From contig WLWS01000003.1 in assembly GCA_012103475.1 (NCBI GenBank), positions 399,565 to 463,564 on the forward strand: 64,000 bases of DNA, read 5' to 3'. Position 1 is the first letter of the stretch, and each line of letters starts with the position of its first letter. Below the pieces are notes generated by a model. That model ran no database searches, was not told where the DNA came from, and saw only the letters and a list, made by a program, of their open reading frames with translations. This document shows positions 25,901 to 35,725 of this stretch, piece by piece. The DNA comes from Gammaproteobacteria bacterium (GTDB taxonomy: Bacteria > Pseudomonadota > Gammaproteobacteria > Eutrophobiales > Eutrophobiaceae). The position numbers and the translations under genes were made by a program.

Positions 25901-27305
25901 TCAGGCAATCATTTTTTTAAGTGGAATCACATTGTGATTATTCAAAAGCTCTTCCAGTGGTCTGGGTTTACCAACGCCGTAACCCTGAACATAGTCAACA
26001 CCTATCTCCTTTAAGGCCTCAACGGTCTCACTGTTCTCGACAAACTCAGCTATCGTATGCATACCCATAACATGACCAATATCATTGATAGATTTGACCA
26101 TTGCGTGGTCTATTGGGTCATTGAGAATATCTTTAACAAAGATACCGTCTATTTTTAAATAGTCGACTTTCAGGTTTTTCAGGTAACCAAAAGAAGATAA
26201 TCCGCTGCCAAAGTCATCGAGCGCAAACTGACATCCGAGACCTTTTAAGGTCGAAATAAACTTCATCGCCGTGCTCAGTTTTGAAATTGCAGCAGTTTCA
26301 GTTATTTCAAAACAGATTTTCTCTGCAGGTATTTTCAATTCGTCTATTTTCAAAATTATGAAATTCAGCGCATCCATAGAACTGAGTGACTGACCGGAAA
26401 GATTAATGGAACAAAAATTGACGGTCTCAAGGAAATCAGGGTTTTGTTTTAACATGGTGAAACTGGTCTCAATCATCCATTTATCGATTTCTGAAATGAG
26501 ATCGTAACGTTCTGCTGCAGGTAGAAAGGCGCCTGGTGGAATGATTTCATTGTCTTTACCTATCTTTCTTATCAGAAGCTCGTAATGATTCTTATCACCG
26601 GGATTAAGAGCCTCAATGGCTTGTGCGTAAATACAAAAACGATTTTCTGCGAGTGCATGATTCAATCGTGAGACCCATTGCATTTCACCACTGCGTTTCG
26701 CCAGATCTTCATCTTGCGGATGATAAACATGAGTACGGTTTCTGCCGAGTTCTTTCGCCATATAACAGGCCGAGTCAGCATCTTTCAATAATTCCGTCAG
26801 ATTTCGTGTTTGAACGTTAATTTCTACCAGTCCTATGCTCACGCCAACTTTGAAAATGCTTTTCTCCCAGGAAAAAACAAAATCATTAACGGCCTGTTGT
26901 ATCGCATTTGCAAGACGACGAGCCTGTTCGAGAGAACAATGTTCCATAAGGACGCCGAACTCATCGCCCCCGAGTCTGGCGAGGGTATCTCTCTTTCTGA
27001 CTACTTTCTCCAGAATCGCTGTAAGTTGTTTAAGTAACTCATCCCCGGCAACATGACCACAGCTGTCATTTACGATTTTGAATTGATCAAGATCCAGAAA
27101 GCAAAGTGCATGTGCATGTTCATTTCTGTTTACAGTAGACAATAGGCGTTCAGCACGACTTTCAAATTCTCTACGATTGACCAGGCCTGTTAATGCGTCA
27201 TGACTGGCATGGTGTGTAAGTTGATCCTTTGATTGTTTACGCAATAATGTCACTGCGATAACTTTCGATATTCGCACACAAAGATCCGCCAGATACGGGT
27301 CAAAA
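25901..27305 (-). pseudogene. GGDEF-EAL output portion of the same signalling protein (fragment 2 of 2, downstream of the frameshift)
   Basis: The 508-aa ORF (to 27427) overlaps fragment 1 by 178 nt in the -1 frame. From FDPYLADLCVRISKVIAVTLLRKQSKDQLTHHASHDALTGL it continues a normal GAF-linker-GGDEF (RLGGDEFGVL) and EAL (EITETAAI, DDFGSG, QGYGVGKP). The frames join at the A4/T4 run at 27302-27305. Confidence 0.7.
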
Positions 27306-29349
27306 CTGGACTTGATTCGAAATAAAGAGCGAATACTCCAACCGGAGTCTTCCTGGATATGGTGACAGGGGAAGCTACGCAGCTCAAAAGGCCGTGAACC
27401 ATTGCCTGATCTCTGTGTGTCAGCCATTCCGGACTATCTACAATATTGCTAAGTACATATTGTTTATCAGCTACATTTCCAGTCTCAGACAGTCCGGAAT
27501 TGAATAAATCTGGGAAGCCATCAGTATTGTTGATGTAGCCGTCGGGCAAACCGGAATGAGATGTATGAATAGCCTCACCACTGTCAGGATCAAATAGAAT
27601 AATCGCCGGTTTAGTCTGCGGTACGATCTCCCTGATACCGGTAGTGATCGAATCAAATATAAGCTGAGAAGGCTTGTCTTCTGCAATCATTTCCAGAAAG
27701 TCTTTCTCCAGAGCCAATAAGGCAGAAGATTTCTTGCGATTTTTGATTTCGTGATTCAAATCACTTGTTCGTTGTTTAACTTTTCTTTCAGTCAGCATAG
27801 TTCGCCCTGCCAGTAAAAGCAGGCCTGTCCCGGCAATACCAGCGATAAACATCTCCGTTACAATGATCAACCACAATATCCAGGGAGCATCGCCGGAAAA
27901 GAAGCTACGTTTGGGTGTAATAGTTAGCTTCCATTTTTTTTGAGCTACCCGTAATTCAAAGGTTTTAGTTAAATCCAATACAGAATCGGGCTGATGATTA
28001 TCACTTGCCATCGGCGAGTTGTCGTAAATGAGGCCATCAGCGTCAGTTATTTTTGTGTTCAGGTTGAGATCATCAAGGGCCAGGTGAATACCGTCTATAC
28101 TCTTTTTCAGGCGAAAAACACTGGCAACATAGCCAGTGATTTCCTCACAAGTTTGCACACCATCCCGATTGGCTTTTCTGCTGTATACCGGAGCGTAAAA
28201 GTATATGCCGGTAACCGCTACTCCATTCTCAACAAAGTTGACCGGGCTGGTAACCGTTACATCACCAGTAGTGCAAGCTGCTTTCATCGCCTGATACATT
28301 ATGGGCCAACTGCCAAGATCAAAACCATAAGCCGTTTCGTTCTTGGCTTTAGGCATTGCAAAATGAATTGGATAGTAAAATTGATTCTCCGGGGCTGGCA
28401 TTTTTTGACTATGTTCATTTCGAATTTGTATGGTTTTGCCGCTTGATCTTTCAAATTCCTCGCGCCCGGCATGTTCGATTTTCGGGATCCAGGCGAGTGT
28501 ACGTATTGCCGGGTTTCTAGCTAACTTGGGACTTGTGTAGTTAACAAAATCATCATTTGTGATATTTAAACTATTGTCGAAATACTCTTTCATTTCGTGA
28601 GTTGATTCGGTGTGCGATTGAATTACCTCATGAAATTCAAAATTGAAGGTATTTGAATTTTTTTCGAAAATATCTTCCAACAACAACATTTGCTGTGAAT
28701 TCGAATACATAAAAGCAAGCACGCAAACACTGGCCAGAATTAAAAGAGGCATGCCTACACTCAGAATACGTTTGCGCCATAATTGACGTGGTCGTGCAAA
28801 AAAGCAGAGTAATATCGGACTGAAAGCCAGAACACCGACAGAGTCACCTATCCACCAGCGAAACCACGATATGCTCAGATCATCTGAACTGATCACTCCA
28901 GAGATATGAAGAGTAGTAATTGCGATTGATGCGGAAATCAGGCAACTGACAGGCCCGGCTAACAGGCAAAACAATATGATTGAACGCTCTCGCAATAAAG
29001 CCCGGTCGTGTTTTAATAATTTTCCAGCGGTCCAGGCCCCGATTGTCGCTTGCAGGGTAACGCCAAACGAAACAATCAGACCGATTAGAAAGGAGGAGTT
29101 TATTGCATCAGTTGAGGAAGCATCCAGGTTTGACAGGGTCTGAATTAAAACGCTGCCAATGAGTACCCCCGGCATGACGCGATATCCTCGTACCAGTATG
29201 GCGACGAAGGCAAGCCCGGCCGCAGGCCAGACCGCCACAGCATTGCTGGGTGGGATTGCCAATAGCAATCCCATTTCTCCGGCCAGGTAATAAGCCACGG
29301 CGACAGCAAGGTTTTCTTTTATAGTCCCGATGTATGGTTTGAGGCTCAT
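27250..29349 (-). pseudogene. MASE1-CHASE-TM-GAF sensor portion of a GGDEF/EAL signalling protein (fragment 1 of 2, upstream of a frameshift)
   Basis: 699-aa ORF. MASE1-like membrane N-terminus (AYYLAGEMGLLLAIPPSNAVAVWPAAG), periplasmic CHASE-like region (LAWIPKIEHAGREEFE...YYPIHFAMP...GFDLGS), a second TM, and a GAF ending ...VHGLLSCVASPVTISRKTPVGVFALYFESSPV. It then runs into out-of-frame sequence. Confidence 0.7.
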
Positions 29350-29518
29350 GACCAGCAGGGTCTTCTAGTATTTTTCTGGTAGATATATCGACCGAAAACT
29401 GAATTTCTTGAATCTCGAGAGGAATTATCGCTGGCTCATCGATTTTTCGCAGAATATAGTGTGTTCAGCATACAGTTTGATAAACCAATTATATTGACAG
29501 GACTTTCAGGAGAATGAA

Positions 29519-30106
29519 TTGAAACATCAGGACGATAAAAAACCGCGGTTTGACCCGATAAAACTCGAAACGGTTCAGATCGCGACGGATTACCCAATGG
29601 AAGCGGAAGAATTTGAAGTTCTATATGTCAATAATTGTTATTGCGAAATGGCGCATAACAATAAAAATGGCTACCCCATTGTCACACCCATGTTTTACGT
29701 GATTATGGATGATGGGCTTGTCTATATGAGTAGCGTGCAGAAATATCGTAAAAAGGTCTATGATCTGGAAACCAATCCGAAAATATCAGTGACCATCCAT
29801 AACGATGGAGCCAGAGCCAACAAACAGAAAGCAATTCTGATTATGGGAACCGCTGAAGTGAGTCGGGATCAGGATCTTATGCAAGATGTCCACTGGAAGA
29901 TAATTGATAAATATCATCAGGAACTAAAGGATGATGAATCAAGGCAGGCAGCCTTTAATGCCATACACACGCCCAACCGGGTTGTGATACGTGTCGTGCC
30001 GGATAAAGTAATGTCCTGGGATTTCGGTAAAATGGTGAATTCATACCAGAAAGGCGTCTGGTTTAATGAGTCTTACCAGATGATCAAACAGTTCACCGAA
30101 AACTGA
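29519..30106 (+). CDS. pyridoxamine 5'-phosphate oxidase-family (FMN-binding split-barrel) protein
   Basis: 195 aa with a TTG start 6 nt after AGGAG. ...NGYPIVTPMFYVIMDDGLVYMSS...KISVTIHNDG...AILIMGTAEV fits PNPOx-like split-barrel proteins. Confidence 0.65.
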   Translation: MKHQDDKKPRFDPIKLETVQIATDYPMEAEEFEVLYVNNCYCEMAHNNKNGYPIVTPMFYVIMDDGLVYMSSVQKYRKKVYDLETNPKISVTIHNDGARANKQKAILIMGTAEVSRDQDLMQDVHWKIIDKYHQELKDDESRQAAFNAIHTPNRVVIRVVPDKVMSWDFGKMVNSYQKGVWFNESYQMIKQFTEN

Positions 30107-30122
30107 TTATTTTCAGAAGTTG

Positions 30123-30671
30123 TTATTCAATAAACTTCGCCAACTGAGGTTTACCTTCTTTTATCTCTTCTGCGGTCAGACCATTCAGTTCGTGAGGAAA
30201 CACCAGCCAGGCATCGGTTTCCTGAATGTAATAATCAGGCACGAAGCTCGTTGCATTGCGTTCAGGCTTATACCAGGGACAGGCCACTTTTACCGTCTCA
30301 GGCATATTCTTACGAGTTTTTTCCGAAAGTTCTTTTAATACGGCTTCAATGCTGTGCCCCGAGTCGAAGACATCATCCACGATTAACAGGCTATCGTCCG
30401 CATTGACGTTTTCAATTATGTAATGCAAACCGTGTACACGAATTTCTTTCGATTGCTGGTTAATACCAAAATAAGACGATGTCCGGATCGCAATATGGTC
30501 GGTTTCAACACCTTTGTATTCAAGATACTCCTGAACGGCTATTCCGACCGGTGTACCACCGCGCCAGATCCCCACAATAAAGTGTGGTCGAAATCCACTG
30601 TCGTAAATGTTAGCTGCCAACTGAAACGAATCTTCCAGTAAGTTTTGAGCGTTTATATAAACTTTTTCCAT
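30123..30671 (-). CDS. purine (hypoxanthine / xanthine-guanine type) phosphoribosyltransferase
   Basis: Start taken at the internal ATG at 30671 (MEKVYINAQNL...). The longer ORF to 30800 would overlap queF. PRPP loop LLIVDDVFDSGHS and GIWRGGTPVG are present. Confidence 0.75.
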   Translation of the reverse strand: MEKVYINAQNLLEDSFQLAANIYDSGFRPHFIVGIWRGGTPVGIAVQEYLEYKGVETDHIAIRTSSYFGINQQSKEIRVHGLHYIIENVNADDSLLIVDDVFDSGHSIEAVLKELSEKTRKNMPETVKVACPWYKPERNATSFVPDYYIQETDAWLVFPHELNGLTAEEIKEGKPQLAKFIE

Positions 30672-30705
30672 TTTTATTCTGCTTGTTTGTAATGGCTGAT
30701 TGTTA

Positions 30706-31527
30706 TCACTGTCGCAGCAAGCGGCAATTGTCAGGTATCGATTTTTCGGTACTACGCCAGGGGTTGATATCGAGTCCGCCGCGACGTAAGTAGCGTGCAT
30801 AAACCGTAAGTGACTCTGGCTGACACTCGTGCATTATATCCAGGAAAATGTTCTCTACACATTGTTCATGGAAATCGTTCTCATTTCGATAGGAGACAAT
30901 GTATCGTAACAGGCTTTCGTGTCTGATGGCATTACCGGTATATTCAATACAGATACTACCCCAGTCGGGTTGAGATGTGACAGGACAGTTTGTTTTCAGT
31001 AAGTGACTATACAATTTTTCTCTGGAATACTGATGTTCTTCAGTTTGCAGCAACCGAGGGTTTCGCCGGTACTCGCTAACTTTGATATTCAGCTCATCGA
31101 GGCAGCCACCCTCAAGTGTCAGGATTTCGTGAGAGGCAGCTTCCTGACTAAACAGCTGGACTTCAATATCATCTCCGGCACAGGCAGACAGATCCCTTCG
31201 AATTGTCTGCTCGACAATTTCAAAACTCTCAAATTCTGACTGGTTAAAAGAATTTAAATACAGCTTTAGAGATTTGGATTCAATAATGTTGAGTGAACTT
31301 GCCGGGACACGAAGCTCTGCCGTGGCAATCTGTGGCATTCCGTCATTATTCAGCCAGGATATCTCCCAGGCATTCCATATATCTACCCCGTGCCAGGGTG
31401 CCTGCACAAGTTCGTAGTTTAACCAGGTTTGTGCACGAGCAATCGGGCATAACTGAGCAGGATCATAGACACCGGAAACCCTTGATTTTTTGCCAAGTGG
31501 CGTATGGAGTAAATCTTCATTACTCAT
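30706..31527 (-). CDS. queF: NADPH-dependent 7-cyano-7-deazaguanine (preQ0) reductase, two-domain type
   Basis: 273 aa. QueF motif IIESKSLKLYLNSFNQ, catalytic-Cys region LLKTNCPVTSQPDWGS, and FHEQCVENIF...YARYLRRGGLDINPWRS. Confidence 0.9.
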   Translation of the reverse strand: MSNEDLLHTPLGKKSRVSGVYDPAQLCPIARAQTWLNYELVQAPWHGVDIWNAWEISWLNNDGMPQIATAELRVPASSLNIIESKSLKLYLNSFNQSEFESFEIVEQTIRRDLSACAGDDIEVQLFSQEAASHEILTLEGGCLDELNIKVSEYRRNPRLLQTEEHQYSREKLYSHLLKTNCPVTSQPDWGSICIEYTGNAIRHESLLRYIVSYRNENDFHEQCVENIFLDIMHECQPESLTVYARYLRRGGLDINPWRSTEKSIPDNCRLLRQ

Positions 31528-31554
31528 TAATAAGGTCTGTTCCGAAAGCTGAGT

Positions 31555-33909
31555 TTACACTTTTCCCAGCGCCCTGAGTATTTTTGCCGGCGTGAAAGGT
31601 TGTGATGTTACCGACGCATTGAAAGGTTCCAGTGCATCATTTATCGCGTTCATTATTGCTCCGCAGACACCGATTATGCCAGCCTCTCCACACCCTTTGG
31701 CGCCGAGTTCGCTGGCTTTTGTGGGGGTTTCAATGTGCGCACATTCAATATCGCAAACGTCTCCGGCCATTGGTACCAGATACTCAATTAAATTTCCGTT
31801 CAGTAATTGTCCATCCTCGTCATACAGGCATTCTTCAAACAGGGCAGAACCGATGCCCTGAACAATGCCACCACGAAGTTGTTCGGTTACCAGTTTGGCA
31901 TTAATGATGCGACCACAGTCATCTACTGCCCATATTTTTTTCAGTGTCACCAGACCGGTATTGATATCGAGATCCAGAGACACGCCAAGCGCACAATTGG
32001 CATAAACCATGAGTTGTTCGCGCTGACTGTAGTGTCTGGTAATAATCATTTCCGGTTCAAAATCTTCCGGGAACTGATGTGTTTTGAAATGAATTGCCTG
32101 ACCGACATCCTGCATACTCATTTGAGTTTCGCCGGTTTCCAGATTGACGATTTCACCGTTCACCAGATCCAGAATATCGACTGGTTGCTCGGATATCATC
32201 GAAGTCACTTCAAGGATACTCGCACGCATCGCTTTCGCGGCACGTAAGGTCGCCTCGCCGGCAATGGCTGTACCACGTGAGGCCCAGGTACCGCCACCGA
32301 AGGGTGTTGTCGCGGTATCGCCCATGCTGACTCTGATCGCATCCATAGAAAGATCGAGAGTATCTGCGATTATTTGTGTGACTATGGCCACACCACCTTG
32401 TCCCTGATCGGTCAGTCCGGTGGTGCAGGAAATTTCACCATCCGCTTCAAGGCGTAAAGTGCAGGCGTCTCTGGAACTTATTGGGGCACCACCTGCGGCA
32501 TACAAAGCAGGACTGGGTGCCGTGCCTTCGACAACGGTGACCACGCCGATGCCACGGTGAATTCCTTTGTCCCGCATTGTCTTTTGCTCAGCGCGAAGAC
32601 CTTTATAGTCCATCATCGAGGTCAGTTTTTCGAGCGAGGCCACCTGTGACAGGCCTTCCAGAAATTCACCGGATACTGCTGTTACAGGATAGGCATCGAC
32701 TGCATGTAAATTCCGTTTGCGGATTTCGACTTTGTCGATACCACAGGCCAGAGCAGCTGCGTCTACCAGTCCCTCCGCAACCAGACTGGCGATAGGCATA
32801 CCGACGCCACGATACTGACCAGTTGGTACTTTGTTCTGATATACCAGAGTTGCTTTCGCTCGGTAATGCTGCAAGTTGTAAGCAAGCGGTGTACAGATTG
32901 CAACGAGTAAGGGTTCAATGACACTGGTACGAGGATGTATTAGGTAAGGACCACAACCAGCAAGATTGTCCAGAGTCATAGCTTGAATCTGACCATCCTT
33001 GTTAACACCGACTTTCGCTGAAATACGATGTCCACGTGCATGAATGTCTGACAGAAAGGATTCAAGTCGATCTGCCACAAATTTTACCGGCCTGCCGAGC
33101 ATCATACTCAGTGCACAGGTAGTCAGCTCATCGCCATAGACGTGCAGTTTGAGACCAAAGCCGCCACCCAGCTCGGGACAGATAATTCTTACGCTCGATT
33201 CACTCAAGCCAAGTTGTCTGGCGATGATGTAACGTTGTATGTGAGGTACCTGAGTGGCGTGGTGCAAGGTCAGGTAGGATTTGCCCCGGTCATAGTCAGC
33301 AATCATGCCCCGCGGTTCAAGCGTGACTCCGGTTTGTCTGCCAACCTCAAATACCTTTTCCACAACGATGTCAGAGTTTTCAAGCGCGCTATCGACTTCT
33401 CCGGCGTCAATGTCAATACTCCAGGCAACATTACTTTCCAGTTCAGGATGGATGAGGGCTGAATCATTTTCAGTGGCTTTTTGCAGATCGGTGACCGGAT
33501 TCAGTTCTTCCCAGTCGATCTCCACTAACTCTGCGGCGTCTTCGGCGATGGCCTTTGTTTCCGCGATAACGGCCACAACGGCTTCGCCCTGCCAGCGCGC
33601 AATCTCAGGTGGCATGGCATGTTGGGGTGCCGAGCGCATCTCGCCGAGATTGGTCAGACCTGCAGTCCAGGGTTTGCAGTATTCCAGTAAGTCCTTACCG
33701 TTTACGATTTTTACGACGCCCTCTATAGCAAGCGCGTCATCCGCATTTATTTCGATTATTTTCGCGTGAGCATACGGGCTGCGCACGTAGCATACGTGCA
33801 ACATACCGGGCACGATTATATCGTCCAGATATTTACCATGCCCTTTAATAAAGGACATGACATTGGGTCGTGGCAGAGACTGCCCGATTACTTTTCGATT
33901 AACGGCCAT
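31555..33909 (-). CDS. molybdenum hydroxylase molybdopterin-binding large subunit (CoxL/XDH family, not the CO-dehydrogenase signature)
   Basis: Start taken at the ATG at 33909 (MAVNRKVIGQSLPRPN...), which overlaps the small-subunit stop by 11 nt. The ORF is open to 34008. GGGFGLK, TGQYRGVG and GCGEAGIIG are present. The active-site loop reads YRGVG rather than the CODH AYxCSFR. Confidence 0.88.
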   Translation of the reverse strand: MAVNRKVIGQSLPRPNVMSFIKGHGKYLDDIIVPGMLHVCYVRSPYAHAKIIEINADDALAIEGVVKIVNGKDLLEYCKPWTAGLTNLGEMRSAPQHAMPPEIARWQGEAVVAVIAETKAIAEDAAELVEIDWEELNPVTDLQKATENDSALIHPELESNVAWSIDIDAGEVDSALENSDIVVEKVFEVGRQTGVTLEPRGMIADYDRGKSYLTLHHATQVPHIQRYIIARQLGLSESSVRIICPELGGGFGLKLHVYGDELTTCALSMMLGRPVKFVADRLESFLSDIHARGHRISAKVGVNKDGQIQAMTLDNLAGCGPYLIHPRTSVIEPLLVAICTPLAYNLQHYRAKATLVYQNKVPTGQYRGVGMPIASLVAEGLVDAAALACGIDKVEIRKRNLHAVDAYPVTAVSGEFLEGLSQVASLEKLTSMMDYKGLRAEQKTMRDKGIHRGIGVVTVVEGTAPSPALYAAGGAPISSRDACTLRLEADGEISCTTGLTDQGQGGVAIVTQIIADTLDLSMDAIRVSMGDTATTPFGGGTWASRGTAIAGEATLRAAKAMRASILEVTSMISEQPVDILDLVNGEIVNLETGETQMSMQDVGQAIHFKTHQFPEDFEPEMIITRHYSQREQLMVYANCALGVSLDLDINTGLVTLKKIWAVDDCGRIINAKLVTEQLRGGIVQGIGSALFEECLYDEDGQLLNGNLIEYLVPMAGDVCDIECAHIETPTKASELGAKGCGEAGIIGVCGAIMNAINDALEPFNASVTSQPFTPAKILRALGKV

Positions 33910-34399
33910 TGTTTTGCGCCTCTGCAACTTCCTCAACCGCATCGATGATGGCGTGATAGCCCGTGCAGCGACATAGATTACCGGAAAGATACTCGCGTAT
34001 TTTGTCACGACTGATTTCTGTTTTACTATTTAATAATTCAGTGGCGGTAATCAACATTGCCGGCGTGCAATAGCCACATTGAGCGGCGTTGTTTCGGTGA
34101 AAGGCTTCCTGTAATTGCGATATCTCGCCACTGTCCGTGAGACCTTCAATCGTCTCCACAGTATGTCCATTCGCCTGAGCGGCTAAGGTCAGACAGGAGC
34201 GTACGCTATCGCCATTCAGTCTTATCGTACAGGCACCGCAAATGCCCTGTTCACAACCGACATTGGTGCCCATCAGGCCGATGCGGTGACGGATAAAATC
34301 AGCCAGATTTTCTCTCGCCGGGATCGTCGCTTTGATTGAGTGTCCGTTCAGCGTGATGCAGACGTCGACTGTTTGTGTAAGTTCAGACATTGATTTCAC
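33899..34399 (-). CDS. molybdenum hydroxylase (2Fe-2S)-binding small subunit
   Basis: 166 aa. GCEQGICGACTIRLNG, QCGYCTPAM and NLCRCTGYHAI. Confidence 0.9.
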   Translation of the reverse strand: MKSMSELTQTVDVCITLNGHSIKATIPARENLADFIRHRIGLMGTNVGCEQGICGACTIRLNGDSVRSCLTLAAQANGHTVETIEGLTDSGEISQLQEAFHRNNAAQCGYCTPAMLITATELLNSKTEISRDKIREYLSGNLCRCTGYHAIIDAVEEVAEAQNNGR

Positions 34400-35237
34400 C
34401 CAGTATTTCTCTCAGGTAATGTTTTGCAAGATGTAGTTTCATCTCAGTTGAAGTGTGAATATCACCAATGACTGGTAATTCCCTATCGAGCTCGAGAAGG
34501 GCCTCTTCTATCAAGTCATCATTCAGTGTTTTATTCAGCAACTTTGCCGCACATTTAGATGCCAGCACTGGCGTATTGCTTATAGCAAAAAATACAGGTG
34601 CCAGAGAAGTCAGTTTTCCATCCTGCCGTTCGCCATTCATAACCAGACCGCATGAAGCGAAGTCGCCACGCCGACGTACAAACTCACGAAATCCATGCAC
34701 TGTATTGGTTGTGGCTAGAGGAAAGCTGATAGCGACCAAAATTTCATTGGCTTGCAGATCCGTTTCATAGAGATCTTTGAAATAATCGCCTGCTTTTACG
34801 ATCCGTTTTCCTTTATTACCGACAATGCTTAATTCCGCTCCGAGCGCGAGCGAGCAGGCTGGTAATTCCGATGCCGGATCAGCCAGAGACAGATTGCCAC
34901 CTATGGTGCCACGATTACGTATCGCAACATGGGCAACATGATTGATAGCACTGGCTATCAGCGGCAGGTGCTGAGCTATCAGTTTGTTGGACTGTAGTTC
35001 AACATGGCGGGTCAGCGCGCCGATGCGCAATCTGTCACCATCAAGACTAATGCCTCTCAATTCGTCTAGCGCACTGATATCAATGAGCAGTTGCGGTGCT
35101 GAAAGGCGCATGTTCAGAGTCGGAACCAGTGACTGACCGCCGGCGATAATTTTCGCCTCGTCACCATGTTCCTGCAATAAACCGATCACATGTTCGACTG
35201 AATGAGCAGTGGTAAAGCTAAAGCTTCTGGGTTTCAC
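34383..35237 (-). CDS. molybdenum hydroxylase FAD-binding medium subunit
   Basis: 284 aa. IIAGGQSLVPTL and GTIGGNLSLADPASELP. Overlaps both neighbouring genes. Confidence 0.88.
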   Translation of the reverse strand: MKPRSFSFTTAHSVEHVIGLLQEHGDEAKIIAGGQSLVPTLNMRLSAPQLLIDISALDELRGISLDGDRLRIGALTRHVELQSNKLIAQHLPLIASAINHVAHVAIRNRGTIGGNLSLADPASELPACSLALGAELSIVGNKGKRIVKAGDYFKDLYETDLQANEILVAISFPLATTNTVHGFREFVRRRGDFASCGLVMNGERQDGKLTSLAPVFFAISNTPVLASKCAAKLLNKTLNDDLIEEALLELDRELPVIGDIHTSTEMKLHLAKHYLREILGEINV

Positions 35238-35689
35238 ACTTTTTTACCTGGGTTTTCGAATTGGGCCGCAAAAGATTCAAAAAACTGATTGGATAGTTTG
35301 ACGACGGTATTATTAATCAGGCGTGAGCCAATTTGCGCTAGTTTGCCTTTTACTTTCAATTCCACGGAATAATGAAGTAGAGTATCAGTGTCCTCTTCAT
35401 TCAGTTCAACACTGGCGAGACCTTCTCCCATACCGGCAGCACCACCTTTGCTCCTGACAGAGAGTGTGTAACTTTGCGGTTCATTCATTTCCTGTAGTTC
35501 TATCTGAGATACAAATTTGGCATTGATGGGTCCGATTTTAGCCCGGATAACCGCTTCGAAATGCGTTTCATCTTTCTGATCCAGAGATTCACAGCCCGGA
35601 ATAAAATCTCGCAGAACATCAACATCATTGAGTTTATTCCAGACTTTCTGGCGCAGTGCCGGGAGCTGAAATTGTCCGTCAATATTCAT
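35234..35689 (-). CDS. CoxG-family SRPBCC protein
   Basis: 151 aa. MNIDGQFQLPALRQKVWNKLNDVDVLRDFIPGCESL...GPINAKF...LAQIGSRLIN is the CoxG pattern. It is the first gene of the G-M-S-L set. Confidence 0.8.
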   Translation of the reverse strand: MNIDGQFQLPALRQKVWNKLNDVDVLRDFIPGCESLDQKDETHFEAVIRAKIGPINAKFVSQIELQEMNEPQSYTLSVRSKGGAAGMGEGLASVELNEEDTDTLLHYSVELKVKGKLAQIGSRLINNTVVKLSNQFFESFAAQFENPGKKV

Positions 35690-35725
35690 GGTATAGCAGA
35701 CGACTGGTTAAACAGGGGAGTGTCT

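Noticed and set aside
25894-25907. Perfect 14-bp palindrome TGCCTGATCAGGCA
   Set aside because: It is centred on the stop codon of the EAL gene, has no loop and no T-tract, and occurs only once. It is probably a coincidence of the coding sequence rather than a terminator or operator.
30672-30800. N-terminal extensions offered by the ORF track (PRTase to 30800; large subunit to 34008; puuE from 42138; MFS from 43046; uraD from 44178; secreted protein to 36523; M20 to 25049; small protein from 14659)
   Set aside because: The extensions overlap the preceding gene and lack homology-like sequence. In each case an internal ATG sits at or just after the upstream stop and begins the recognisable family sequence.
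31555-35689. Calling the coxG-M-S-L set a carbon monoxide dehydrogenase
   Set aside because: The large subunit active-site loop reads QYRGVG, not the form I CODH signature AYxCSFR. No coxD/E/F accessory genes are present. It is kept as a generic XDH-family hydroxylase.
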